Shown here piece by piece: positions 1-11,345 of a stretch of 64,000 nt of DNA. The stretch lies in assembly GCA_964234715.1 (NCBI GenBank), contig OZ174275.1; one strand, written 5' to 3'. How positions within the stretch are numbered: position 1 is the first letter of the stretch; every line of letters begins with the position of its first letter. Below the pieces are notes generated by a model, which made no database searches, was not told the origin of the DNA, and saw only the letters and a program-made list of their open reading frames with translations. The position numbers and the translations under genes were made by a program. Source of the stretch: Podarcis melisellensis (taxonomy: Eukaryota).

Positions 1-96
1 GACAGTTGAGAGAGCGATGATGGGATCAGCATTTAATTACTGGGATGAATCACAGTCACCTCAAACTTCACTCTGTTTACATCGTTCCTCAGATTA

Positions 97-510
97 CTGT
101 ATTTTCCGCCCCATAGGACGCACCTGGTTTTTTTGGGGGGAAATAAAAAAAAATTATTTCTCCCCCAGGTGCGGGGCTGGGGCGGGGGAAGCCCGAGGTT
201 CCCCCCGCCCCCAGAACAAGCTGCTATCCGCTAGCCGTGGGAGAGCCGCACGACTTCACGTGGCTCTCCCACGGCTAGCGGAGCGCTGCGCAAAGCCCGA
301 AGCTTGGGGCGAGCTGAGCTCAGCGCGCCCCAAGCTTCTGGGTGCAGGCAAGCTCTCCGCTAGCCGTGGGAGAGCTGCGTCTCCCACGGCTAGCGGATAG
401 CTTCCTGAAGCCTGGAGAGCGAGGGGGGTCGGTGCGCACATAGGATGCACACATATTTCCCCTTCATTTTTGGAGGGGGAAAAGTGCGTACCATAGGGCG
501 AAAAATACGG
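97..510. mobile_element. Tc2-like (Tc1/mariner) non-autonomous DNA transposon / MITE
   Basis: TA|CTGTATTTT...AAAAATACGG|TA termini; CpG-rich internal hairpins; related copy at 54234. Confidence 0.85.
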
Positions 511-1042
511 TATATACTCTGCTGCTAACCCTGGGTATCTTGTCAGTGAAACCCACACTTAAAGGGTGTGAATACATACCTCAGTTCTTAACACTTATAC
601 ACTGCTGTTAAAACATGAAGACTATAGTGGCTTCATCTTAGTAAATCCTTACAAGCATCCTGCAATGCCAATATGAACAGGTGGGGTCGAGGCAAAGAAA
701 GCAGCAAACTTGCCCATGGCCACCTAGAGAATTCCTGGATGAGGGGAGATTTGAACTGGAGGCTTTCTCACCACTCCATGTTATGAGCCACTCTGTTGCA
801 TCAGTTCTCATGGTCATCATCAGCTTCATATCCCATTTATAAAGTGGAAAATCCCATTATCACTTTGGAAGAGTGAGCTGTGCCATGACTGTAGCAACTA
901 GTGCTATGGTGAGATAGGCTGCCTCAAAGGCCAGCAAATGGCTTATTTGTATTATTAACACCACTGGGGAAGGAGGGTACTGTTTAGGTGTTCTGCCTCA
1001 GGCACAGTATATTTAGCCAGCTCTTTCATCTTGCCTTCATAC

Positions 1043-1185
1043 CTCTCACAAGAAATTCCTGCCCATCGACCCGGGATTCGCCTTTGGGCTTCTGCAACAG
1101 GGAGATCCAGTGGTGCATCTCTTCAGGGATGTCACTGTTGCAGTGAATGACTCTATTTGCTGTGATGATCACAAAGGAGTTTGGC
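1043..1185 (-). CDS. MYO10L: Myosin-X-like exon 31 (PNSFVIITANRVIHCNSDIPEEMHHWISLLQKPKGESRVDGQEFLVR)
   Basis: tttcag|...G|gtatga, 143 nt. Confidence 0.95.
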
Positions 1186-1499
1186 CTGAAAAATCACCAT
1201 CATCAAAATTAGTATCTCGTCGTCAGCATTATCATCATCAATATTAATATTTTTTCCAAAGCCACAACACAAATCTGTTTGTTTTTGCCCAGACTCAAGC
1301 TGTGCAAGAAAACATGTGAAGATTAGGCCACACAGAAACACATTGATTTTGCTCTCCTTTTCAAGGATGCAAGTCAGATTACTGATTCAGATGCAACTTT
1401 AAAACCGTGGAAGTGCTTAGTGTTTGCCAATTCCAGAAAAACTACTATTCTGGAAGAAATGGGCATGTGTCATGGGGAAGAGGGGGAAGTGTATGAGAT

Positions 1500-2195
1500 G
1501 TCTGATTTGCCCACAGTGACAGATGTATTAGTTACATCCAGTTTGGATTACTCTAACACACTCTACATGGGGCTGCCTTTGAACAGTACTCTGAAACTTC
1601 AACTGGCTCCAAAAGCTGCAGCCAGATAGTTGACAGGGGCTGGTTATATGTAGCAGATGACTCCCTTGCTAGAACAGCTCCACTGGCTACAGGTCTGTTT
1701 CCGGGCGTAATTCAAAGTGCGGGTTATTACCTATATAGCACCACATGGCTTATGCCCAGGCTGTCTGAAGGACCTTATTGACCAATACAAACCTGCCTGG
1801 GTCTTGAGGTGAGGTCCTTCTCCTGGGCCCGCCACACTCACAGGCATGCTTGGTGGGGACATGGGAGAGGGCCTTCTTGGTGGCTGCTCCCAGTCTCTGG
1901 AACTCCCTCCCTAGAGAAGCTAGACTGGCTCCTCGTTGCCTTTGCACAGGCAGGTAAAGGCTTTCTTGTCCCAACAGGCTTTTGGGAACTGACTGCTTTT
2001 AATTAAATTAAAGGGCTGGTGCCATGCTGTTTTTGAGTCTAATTATTGGTATGCCTTAAACAGATTTTATATACGTATATAGTTTTCATTATTGATTTTT
2101 AAAAAAAATGTTTTTAGTGGTTCTTGTTTCTATCTGAAAGCTGCCTTGAGTCCCAGCAGGGAGAAAAGCGGGGTATAAATAAATAATAATAACAA
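1500..2195 (+). mobile_element. L2-clade LINE 3' fragment (degenerate end of ORF2 plus 3' tail)
   Basis: VLVTSSLDYSNTLYMGLP...LQL...AAAR resembles the L2 ORF2 C-terminal motif; ends gggtataaataaataat. Confidence 0.8.
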
Positions 2196-2639
2196 CAAAA
2201 ACGATGGTAATATAAAAGGGAAAGCACCCCACAGGATGGTACTGTGCCATAAAAGCAGCCATCTCTCTGCGGAGCATACACAACTTTAGCTCATAGGGCA
2301 GGTGGTGTGTACTTGCACACACTTTCCTGAAGTATGAAACACCCAGAGCTCAAGAACCCGAACCCACAGCAACTAGACTTTATTAAGAGGAAAGCAAATG
2401 CTTCAAGGAGCTTCTGGAGCCAATGGCCAGTCACTAAAAATAAACACAGCCATTTGGGAGATATTTATACTGGCTGGAGGCATTTTAAGTAGCTCCTTAT
2501 CTGTTGCATTTATATTTACTCAAATATGCAGTAGATGGATTTAAATATTTTCCCGTTACACAATTGTTGCTGCACCAAAAATATTTGAAAATCACAAAAC
2601 AAAAAAGCACACACAAATAGGAACTCAGCTGTAGCTTAC

Positions 2640-2695
2640 CTGTCAGGATTGTCAGAAGCACAGACTGAGTCTATGAGCCCCACGTCCAGGGTTCC
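2640..2695 (-). CDS. MYO10L: Myosin-X-like exon 30 (GTLDVGLIDSVCASDNPDR; PH1C)
   Basis: ttaaag|...AG|gtaagc, 56 nt. Confidence 0.95.
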
Positions 2696-4015
2696 CTTTA
2701 AAACAACAAAAAATGGAACAAACTTCTAGATATATGCAAGATCCAGTTCCTACCATTCTGTTCCATTCCAGTGTGATCCACACATAGGCATCCACTTTTT
2801 ATTGCTTTTAAATTCATCTTGCTTTTCCCCCTGCTGTTTTAAACTGATTTTTAGCTGTTTTTATTATCTTTTGTACATCACATTGGGATGTTTGTGGAAG
2901 ACAGCAGCAACAACAATACACAATGTGGCTCCGCAATTATAAGTAGGCCGCATTTGTAATTGTTGGTGTCACCAGGAGGCAGTGAACATGTTGAGTCCCT
3001 AAGTGCACCCCTTTACTTTCTCCTAGAGGGCAACTTTCCTCAACCTGTTGCCCTCCAGATGCTTTGGACTACAACTCCCGCTAGCCTGAAACAGCATGGT
3101 CAATGATGAGAGATGATGGAACTGTAATCCCAACATCTGGAGCTCCTGTAGGAATGAATGACTGAGTGGATCAAAAACCTCTGACCTCCATGGATGACCA
3201 GGTTCCAATGTGTGCCAGGGGTGAGACATGGCACTACCCCTCCCCATAAGTCCTTATGTGTGTGAATGAGCTATGTATGTATGTATGTATGTATGTGTGC
3301 ATACATTTATCTTATCTAGACATACACACACCCTGTAAAATCGAAGAAGCATTGGGAAGATACCTCCAAGGGGAAAAGTACCAGCTAGCATGGGGTTAGT
3401 TTCCCGTTGCAGATTTAGACTGCGTCTCCCACACATGTCTTGCTAGATCCCAATCTGCTGTTCTGATCAGTACAGCCCCAATACGGCATGCAAGGGTCAG
3501 ATATGCTGATTCAGTTATCTGTAATGTAACACCTTCTGTCTGGGAGCACCCTGAAATGCACCCTAACAACTTCAAGTATTCTGCTATCAAGAGTGGAATT
3601 TCAAAAGCCCACCTTCCCCTTCCATTTGCAAGCTACAGTTCCTGGGCACAGTCCACCTTTGACGGTATTCTTGGTTTGGTGTCAGGCCCTAAATGAAGAC
3701 ATATTTGCTCTCGCTTTATTAACAAAATGGGGCTTCCATATCCCTTCCCCCTGAACAATTCTTTGAGGATGACAGTCCTGGAGGGTTGGTCACCTCTCCA
3801 AATGACACTTGGTGTACACACTGCTCCCCACAAAGATCTTCCTGGCATTGATCATGATCCCTTTGCCCAAATCCTGCTTCAGATATGTCCTTTGCCCACC
3901 ATACCTGCCATCAAACTAGCTGAGGGTGTTAAATCCTTCAGACAGCCTCCCTTTTATTTCAAACTCAGTCCTGTTAAAGGGTGCCCATGAAGAACTCTCC
4001 TGCCGTTTACTGATG

Positions 4016-4100
4016 AACATAAGAAGAGCCCAGCTGCTGGATCAGGCCAACGGCCCATCTAGTCCTGCATCTCGTTCTCAGTGGACAACCAAATGCCTAG
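4016..4100 (-). mobile_element. Retroposon 3'-tail fragment (similar pieces at about 9265-9460, 33060-33170, 36488-36560, 57830-57900, 58700-58830)
   Basis: Recurrent ggactagatgggcc.ttggcctgatccagca...cttatgtt motif. Confidence 0.6.
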
Positions 4101-4161
4101 GAACATCCTTCATCAGCCAGAAGAGTGACAGTTTCAGGGGTCCACTTGACCCCCCACTCAC

Positions 4162-4255
4162 CACAGCATTCTTTGGGTTGGCTTGTTCATCCTGCATCTC
4201 TCTCAGCTGTTGCTCTGTAGCACTGTGCACACGGCTCAGAACATTAAACCAGTCA
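4162..4255 (-). CDS. MYO10L: Myosin-X-like exon 29 (DWFNVLSRVHSATEQQLREMQDEQANPKNAV)
   Basis: ttacag|...GTG|gtgagt, 94 nt. Confidence 0.95.
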
Positions 4256-4616
4256 CTGTAAGAAAGACAGAAGCAGAAGACACTTAAAAAAACACACCCG
4301 TATATATTTATCACTGAAATGGTTAATTTTTAATAGTCTAGAATACTATAATTAATATGCAGTTGTATACAAAGCATCATAGAAGTAATTAAATATATTT
4401 ACTAATACCGATAACATCATACAAAGACAATGATTTGATAACACGTATATCATGAGTCATCTTCCACTCTCCTGCCTTTCCCTATTTTTATAACTGCTTC
4501 TCTATTTAGAGCACAACATCATGGGAGGGGTGTTGCTTCCAGCTCTCCCACCCCTCGCCTTGGGAAAAAGCAGAAACTTTTTAAGAAAAACACACAGATA
4601 TCCCTGCATCCCCTAC

Positions 4617-4712
4617 CTGGCATCCTCTGGTGATTCTGCCACTATGTGGTAAACTCGATCACTTGTCACAATATCAAGGGCATTCTCTTTCTCGTGAATA
4701 TCCACAATCTCC
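4617..4712 (-). CDS. MYO10L: Myosin-X-like exon 28 (EIVDIHEKENALDIVTSDRVYHIVAESPEDAS)
   Basis: tttcag|...AG|gtaggg, 96 nt. Confidence 0.95.
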
Positions 4713-5522
4713 CTGAAAAACAACAAGTGTGAAGAGCCAGGATGAAAAAGCAGTTTGTCTGTGTTTGGCATCCATCTCCATTGGACTGCCTGGTCTCAAG
4801 GAGGCTCAGCGCTTCCCTGATCTCTTGAAAATACTTGAGAACAAGGAAGCAACAGCAACCAAAGATGAAGTAAGGTGACAGGCTGGTGTGGGAATGAGGG
4901 TACTGCCTACTGCACCTAGAGAGACACCTTTGGGGGCTGTGTTGATAAGGAACCACTGCAAGGGCAACATCACTGAAAAGACTTTTAATGTGGGCAAAGA
5001 GACAGCTAAACCAATTCAGGTTGAAGGGTACTGACAAGAGAGGCCAGGGGGAGTGCACAAGAATGTGGGGCAAAATTTGCTACAAGAAAATTCTCAAATC
5101 AGTCCTAAATAGGCCCATGCATGTGGGGGGGGGGGAGCAGTCAGTTGAACTTTTCACAGGCCGCAGAGGGATAAACAGGCTGGGGGATACCACCAGGGGC
5201 CTGCCAGACTTAAGCTATCATGCCAAGAACAAGACTCCCGCCCCAGGCCTCAAACAAGCTCTGCATGGGCCTGGTCCTAGAGCACCATTATGCATGCAGG
5301 ACTGACACTGAAGCTTTAAAAATAGCCCTTACACTCAGGTAAGGGGGTCTAAGGCCCCACCCTCTCTAACAGCCTCAGGCCTAAACATGTCCCACAGGAC
5401 TTAAGGAGTCAAACAATTTCCCCTCAGGCCCAGGTTGTTAAGGATTCCCCAAACATCTCCTGTTACCAATCAATATTGATACTGATTTATCCCTAGGGCT
5501 TAGACATAATAGTGTCCCATAC

Positions 5523-5766
5523 TTGGCTTTCCTGATGTCAATCGTCCCTTTCAGCTTCTCTTCACTGTCGTTCTCAAAGTACATCAGCTTGGCCTCTCTC
5601 AGCACAAACCAGCGCCGTTTCCAATTCCGGCGAGACAGCGTGGACATGCCTCCTCCCTTCTTGTAAAGCCAGCCTGACTTCAAGGCCTCTTGCTTGGCTC
5701 GAAACCACATGAAGGCCTCGTTCTTCAGGACACACCAGCGCCGTCTCCAGGGGTTCATCAGGCCCC
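5523..5766 (-). CDS. MYO10L: Myosin-X-like exon 27 (PH1N end and PH2: GWLYKKGGGMSTLSRRNWKRRWFVL)
   Basis: tgcaag|...AA|gtatgg, 244 nt. Confidence 0.96.
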
Positions 5767-6570
5767 CTTGCAAGGAAGAGAAAAGAGACACAGTCAAAGT
5801 TACTGCACCACCAGAATGTCCCCATCCTGCACTCCACAAACACCTGACAAAGACAGTGGCATGTGTATCTTCCTGCCCTTGGCCATAACAGTTCCCTGAA
5901 AAATGTGGGGCCTCCTGTAGAGACAGAATGCTAACATGCAAAAGCATGCACAAGTTTATCACAGTGGCATTAGCTGCAACGTACAGCGAGGCAGCGGTTG
6001 ACTTTTTGTATTACTATCTCCCCCTACAACCCTAAAAAAACAACACCCTGGTCTGCCAGTTACCAAAGTAAAATTGGGAGTGGGGAGGTAAATGTGTGTA
6101 CTTGCACAAGCCCACACAAAGCTGGCATGAGATATTTTGTTACCTGAAGTGAGGCCCAAATGGTTCCTCCTCCCTCCCCACTAAGATCATTTTTTTAGAA
6201 ATGCAAATTTTGTAGCATCAAGCGTTAATTTCATTTATCCACCCCCTTACTACCACCCCAAATACTGCTTCACAGTGCTGCCAGATCACTTCAAGCATGT
6301 TCCACAACAGGGCCTCTGCCATCTCTAAAAACTGTTATCATCTGTACATGCCCATTAAGACCCAACACTTGGGACTGCATATCACAGCCTTTATGTGGAT
6401 GCCAGTGCAAAGCAACCAAGGTCCCTTCTAATCCCTCCTTGACAAAAAGCCTTACTGGAAATGAAGAAGAACAAAACAGCAAAACAGGGAGCAAATACTG
6501 AGGGGAGATGAGGGGGGATTAGGGAGCAGGGGAAAACGGCTCAGCTTAGGGGACTGACCAAGCTGCTTAC

Positions 6571-6694
6571 CTTTCATGTAGAGATAGCTGTGAAAATAGG
6601 CTGGCCCCGATCCATTGAGCACAGTGACCCGGCTGCTGCAGAATTCTTCATCCGTGTCCATATAAGCATCCCCTTCATCCTCACTGTCTAGAAA
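6571..6694 (-). CDS. MYO10L: Myosin-X-like exon 26 (FLDSEDEGD...YFHSYLYMK; start of PH1)
   Basis: ctccag|...G|gtaagc, 124 nt. Confidence 0.94.
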
Positions 6695-7730
6695 CTGGAG
6701 GCAAAAAGAATGGTTACGCTCCAGAAACAAAGCGGCACAACCTGCCAAGTCCTATCGCACTTCCACTACAGATCTGAGTGCTGAGCTGGCCAGGCAGTAT
6801 GATAACCATACAGAAGCAGGAATGATCTAAAGTGGGTGAGTGATTTCAAGGCAAAGGCCAAAACCTGCCATACTCAGTTGCCAACATGTAGACTTTGGCC
6901 TCTATTTCCATTTTGGAACTATCTGCTTTAAGAACCTCCAATTTTCTATTGCAATAGTTCTCTGATGTTCAGCCAAATGCATTCTGGCCATCTCTCATTA
7001 TCCCCCTTCTGGGGGGGGGCAGTCTAACCCCCTTCTGCAGCAGATCCTGTGAAAAGCTACAACTTTACACACAACCTAACACACACACACACACACACAA
7101 TATATATATGTCCGTATGGGCAACACAAAGGCGTTAAATAGATTAAACGGGTGAACTGCCATTCTACATGGGATAGCTTCTAAAGCATATGAGCTCCCTT
7201 TTTAAGCTCACCCCCAAAAGGTTCATACAATGAGTGTGTTCTCGGGGACAGTGGCTGTTGTGTGCATGATTAATCGGGTCAAACAAAATCCAGTAAGTGC
7301 CCTTGTAAATCTGGCAGACACAAATACCCATACAGCAATTGTAGCTGCAAGTAATGCACCAATACCAGGCACAAAATCCACATTCCAACATATATAAAAA
7401 ACATACAAATGTGCATGAAGATGTGAATAATAAATGGGAAATGTGCATATGCAAACATGTGCGCACAGACACACCAGTTGTGCAAGTAAGCTTTCAGTAT
7501 CACACAGAAAAATACAAACATGGCAGAAAATGGGTAAAGTAACCAATAGGTTAAGGCAGTCAATGTGATTTCCTCCGAATGTTGTTGTACTACAACTTCC
7601 AGCATCCCTGACCATTGAGCCACGCTGGCTGAGGCTAATGGGAGCTGGAGGCCAAAGGCTACCCCTGGGTTAAAGGAAACACAACACAATGGATTTTAAC
7701 ACTTAAGAACAAAACAAAATCCTGTGCCTA

Positions 7731-7870
7731 TATTTTATTATTTATATCCTGCCTTTCTTCTATTATATTTATATCCTGCCTTTCTTCTATGATGGAACTC
7801 AAGGCAACACACAGTTCCCTGGAAGTCTCCCATCCAGGCATTGCCCAAGCCCAGAACTTCTTGGCTTCAT
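7731..7870 (-). mobile_element. 5S rRNA-derived SINE-like element
   Basis: Minus strand GAAGCCAAGAAGTTCTGGGCTTGGGCAATGCCTGGATGGGAGAC aligns to the 5S internal control region; LINE-like tail. Confidence 0.6.
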
Positions 7871-8350
7871 CCAAGCTATTGCATCCTGTACCTTCAAGAC
7901 CACATCCTGAGACAGGGGAAGACTGAAAAAGTTCCAAGGTCAGCTTGCAAGAAGAAGTGGAGTTCTTTAGGAATCAGTCTTGGGACTTACTTTATTCACT
8001 ACATTTCCCCCTTTCTTTTTTGTTTGCAACTTTGATTGCAAACAGGAAAAGTGTGGATTGAATTTTCCAATGAAACCAAGCTGGGAGATGCCTATGAGAG
8101 ACCACAAGGACTGGACAGTTATGCAAGATGAAACTAGGCAATCCAATGGATGGGAGGGAGTAGAAATGTGTTCACAAGCATCATGATGAAATGCAATGGC
8201 TGTGAATGTAGACTGAAGAAAACAAAGTGCCTTTTAACCCCAAGGAGCACATAATTAATTAACACAAAAGAGCACTGAGGTGCCAAACGTGCACAGGAAA
8301 GATAAAAAGAAAGCAGGATCTGTTTTTTGCTTCAAGGCAACGGCCCTTAC

Positions 8351-9133
8351 CGAGTCTAAGCTGCCGCGGTTGGAGTCCATGCCGTTGCTGTGGGAATTGT
8401 GCGAGGCCTCCTCCCCATTCAGGGGCTCAGCGGACGTGCTGCCAGCCTCTCCGCTGCCATCAAACTCCTCGTGGTCATAGTCAGACTCCACATCTGGAGG
8501 CAAGCTGTAAATTGGCTCTTCCGAGTCCCCATTGTCACTCTGCAGGATTTCCGAGGCTGATTGGTAGATGCTTTCCATAGGCTGCTCCTTCTGGGGGCTT
8601 GCAGATCTCTCTGTGGAAAGACACAGAGAGTTGCTTTCCTCGTTCTCTCCCTTCCTAGGCACTGGCATATTTGGAGAAGCATCTTCCTCGGAATAATAGT
8701 TGTCACTGGTTCTGGTGCTGCTGTCCTGGTTCAGGAGACTTGGGCTGGGAACTGGTGGTCCCTCTTCATCTGCAGGAAAGCCCTCGTCTTCTTCTTCCTC
8801 AGCCAGGGGAGCTACAAGGCTGCATTCAATGTTGAGGGTCCCTTCGTTGGACAGAGAGTGCTCGAAGCCTTGCACGCTCTCATCCAAATTCCCAAAATCC
8901 AGTAGCTCCAGGAACTCCTGTGCGACCCTGGACGCCTCCTTCTCTAGCCTCTGGATCTCCTCTTCCCTCTGCCGCTTTATCTCGTTTTTGGTGTTCTCAC
9001 AGGTGATGTGGTCAGTCTTCTGCTGCCACTGCAGCTTCTCAATTTCCCTCTCCAGTCGCAGGATCTCTTCCATCTGACGCTGCTCCTCTTCCTGCAAAGG
9101 CTGGTCTTCCTCTTGGGTCCTTAGCGCCTCCAT
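8351..9133 (-). CDS. MYO10L: Myosin-X-like exon 25 (antiparallel coiled coil EEILRLEREIEKLQ and PEST region)
   Basis: tttcag|ATG...TCG|gtaagg, 783 nt; matches the 292-aa ORF. Confidence 0.94.
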
Positions 9134-10640
9134 CTGAAAGAAAGATCAGCCTTAATGAAGTCACAGTAACAGATCTGAGAAAGCAGGAGTTTGCATGGCG
9201 GCCAAGTGGCACTTCCCTCTGCTCCCTGCATGTGCAACATTTCTTCTAATTGTTCTAAGGCATGAGAACCTAAGAAGAGCCCTGTATCAGGGCTGCATCA
9301 GGCCAATGGCCCATCTAATCCAGCATCTTGTTCTCTCAAAAGTGACCAACCAAATGCCCATGTCAAGCCTCCAAGCAGGACCTGAGTGCAACAGCACTCT
9401 CTCACTCCTTGTGAGCCTAGCAACTGGTATTCAGAAGCATACAGCCTCTAACAGTGGCTGGAGATGGGTCTTACTTAAAATTTTATGTCCTCCCCGTAAA
9501 GTTTAAGGTGGTTTGAGAGAGGGTTACTGTTTTGTGATGGGAATGTTCACACCACTTTTGCCACTGGTCTTTGGCTGTTTTGTATTGCTTTAAAAAAACA
9601 CTGGCCTGTTTAACGAGGTACTCATGGGACAAAAGAACTAAACATCTGTACTGTACACCATGGGAAGCAAAGGTTCTCACAGGCACTTCCAACTCTCTTA
9701 AAAGGCTATGGTCTATCGCCAAGCCAAGTGACAATAGGCTGGATTCAAATGTGCCTTGGATGGAAGTGTCTTTGATCCACCAGAAGATCTCATTAATGAA
9801 CAGGGGTCAGTAGGGAATTTTTTTTGCAGATTCCACCTCTCAGCTGCAATCCCCTCACCATTTTTTAAAAAATGTGCCCCTTGAGCCTCTATCTGGTTCA
9901 AGGGAGAAATTTCCATTGGCACCAATGCACGCTTTCATTCAGAGCTGAATAGCAGCTGCCCCCCCCCCAAGTATTTTTCAATAGGACTGTGGCACAAAAG
10001 AGGTAACCCACCGTCCCACATGCCACATTGCTAACCCTCATCAGGATTCCACAACAGCTGACATTTACACATTCCACTATAATTGTACAACTATGGGTTG
10101 TATCCGGTGTTTGCAGAATGCAGTTCTGTTTATTACAGTACTTTGAAACTGTCCTCAAGCTAGATGACACTGTACCGCCATTCCTAGGATCAAGCTACAT
10201 GTAACACTCAACATCTAGGGACATATCCAACACTTTTCTTCTGCTCATGCAACAAACCTTCGCTTGTGCAATTGGACTTCCCCATCTGCTCCTTGCACAC
10301 CCCTAAATCTGCTCCAGAGGGTCCCCCAACCTTCTGGAGAAGATTTTGAGGATGTGCTGTGAGCTTCAAGAAAGAGGAGAGGAGAGGGAAGTTCTGTTGT
10401 GCAAGTTGATGCCTGCTGGCATGCAATCCTAGGCGTTTATATTACTTTATAGGGGTTGAATCGTCATCTAGACTGAGGACGGAGTCACCCTAACAGCATA
10501 GCACTGCATTCTGCAAACAGTACCTTGGATTAGCTTGTAAAGAGGGAAAGGTCAAGCAACAAACATCACCAGCATGTCTTCGTATTCTGCTTAGTATTCT
10601 GAAATGAGAGGCATATGATGGGAGTCATAATGGAACACAC

Positions 10641-10680
10641 CTGAGCCATCTGCAGTGCTGCTTCAAGCTGCTCTTTTTCT
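10641..10680 (-). CDS. MYO10L: Myosin-X-like exon 24 ((R)EKEQLEAALQMAQ)
   Basis: Pyrimidine tract and gaacag|...CAG|gtgtgt. The 40-nt length supplies the phase 2 to phase 0 bridge needed between exons 23 and 25. Confidence 0.82.
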
Positions 10681-11043
10681 CTGTTCAAAAACAAAGAACA
10701 AACTCATCAATAAAATCTACAGTCCAGCTTGCCATGAAAATTTGCTGAAATCAATGACGTTTTAAATAACACTGCTGCCTCAGTCATTTGCATTCGGATC
10801 AAAAATTTTGTGAGCTGTTAAAGTTAAACCAAGGGAAATTATTATATTAATAAAAGGCTTGGGTTTTCAGAAGGCTGGTTGGGGTTTTGTTTTGTTTTTT
10901 GTAAGGCTTTGGTAAGGCTTCAGAACAGATGCTGACTGCTATTGAACACACATGGAACAACAAGTCACACTGCAGAATGCATGTGGAGGGAAATGGAGGC
11001 TGCCTCACAGTGGATAAAAAATGTCATATGAACATACTCTTTA

Positions 11044-11345
11044 GTCAGAAGGTCGGCGGTTTGAATCCCTGTGATGGGGTGAGCTCCCATTGCTCGGTCC
11101 CTGCTCCTGCCAACCTAGCAGTTCAAAAGCACATCAAAGTGCAAGTACATAAATAGGTACCGCTCCGGCGGGAAGGTCAACGGCATTTCCGTGCGCTGCT
11201 CTGGTTTGCCAGAAGCAGCTTAGTCATGCTGGCTACATGACCCGGAAGCTGTACGCCGGCTCTCTCAGCCAGTAAAGCGAGATGAGAGTCGCAACCCCAG
11301 AGTCGTCCGTGACTGGACCTAACAGTCAGGGATCCCTTTACCTTT
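11044..11345 (+). mobile_element. Sauria SINE (Squam1/POM-like), 5'-truncated
   Basis: B-box ggtttgaatccc, body gccaacctagcagttcaaaagcac...aaataggtacc, ACCTTT-type tail. Confidence 0.88.

Noticed and set aside
8280-9077. Several plus-strand ORFs over exon 25
   Set aside because: Antisense shadows of the real coding exon.
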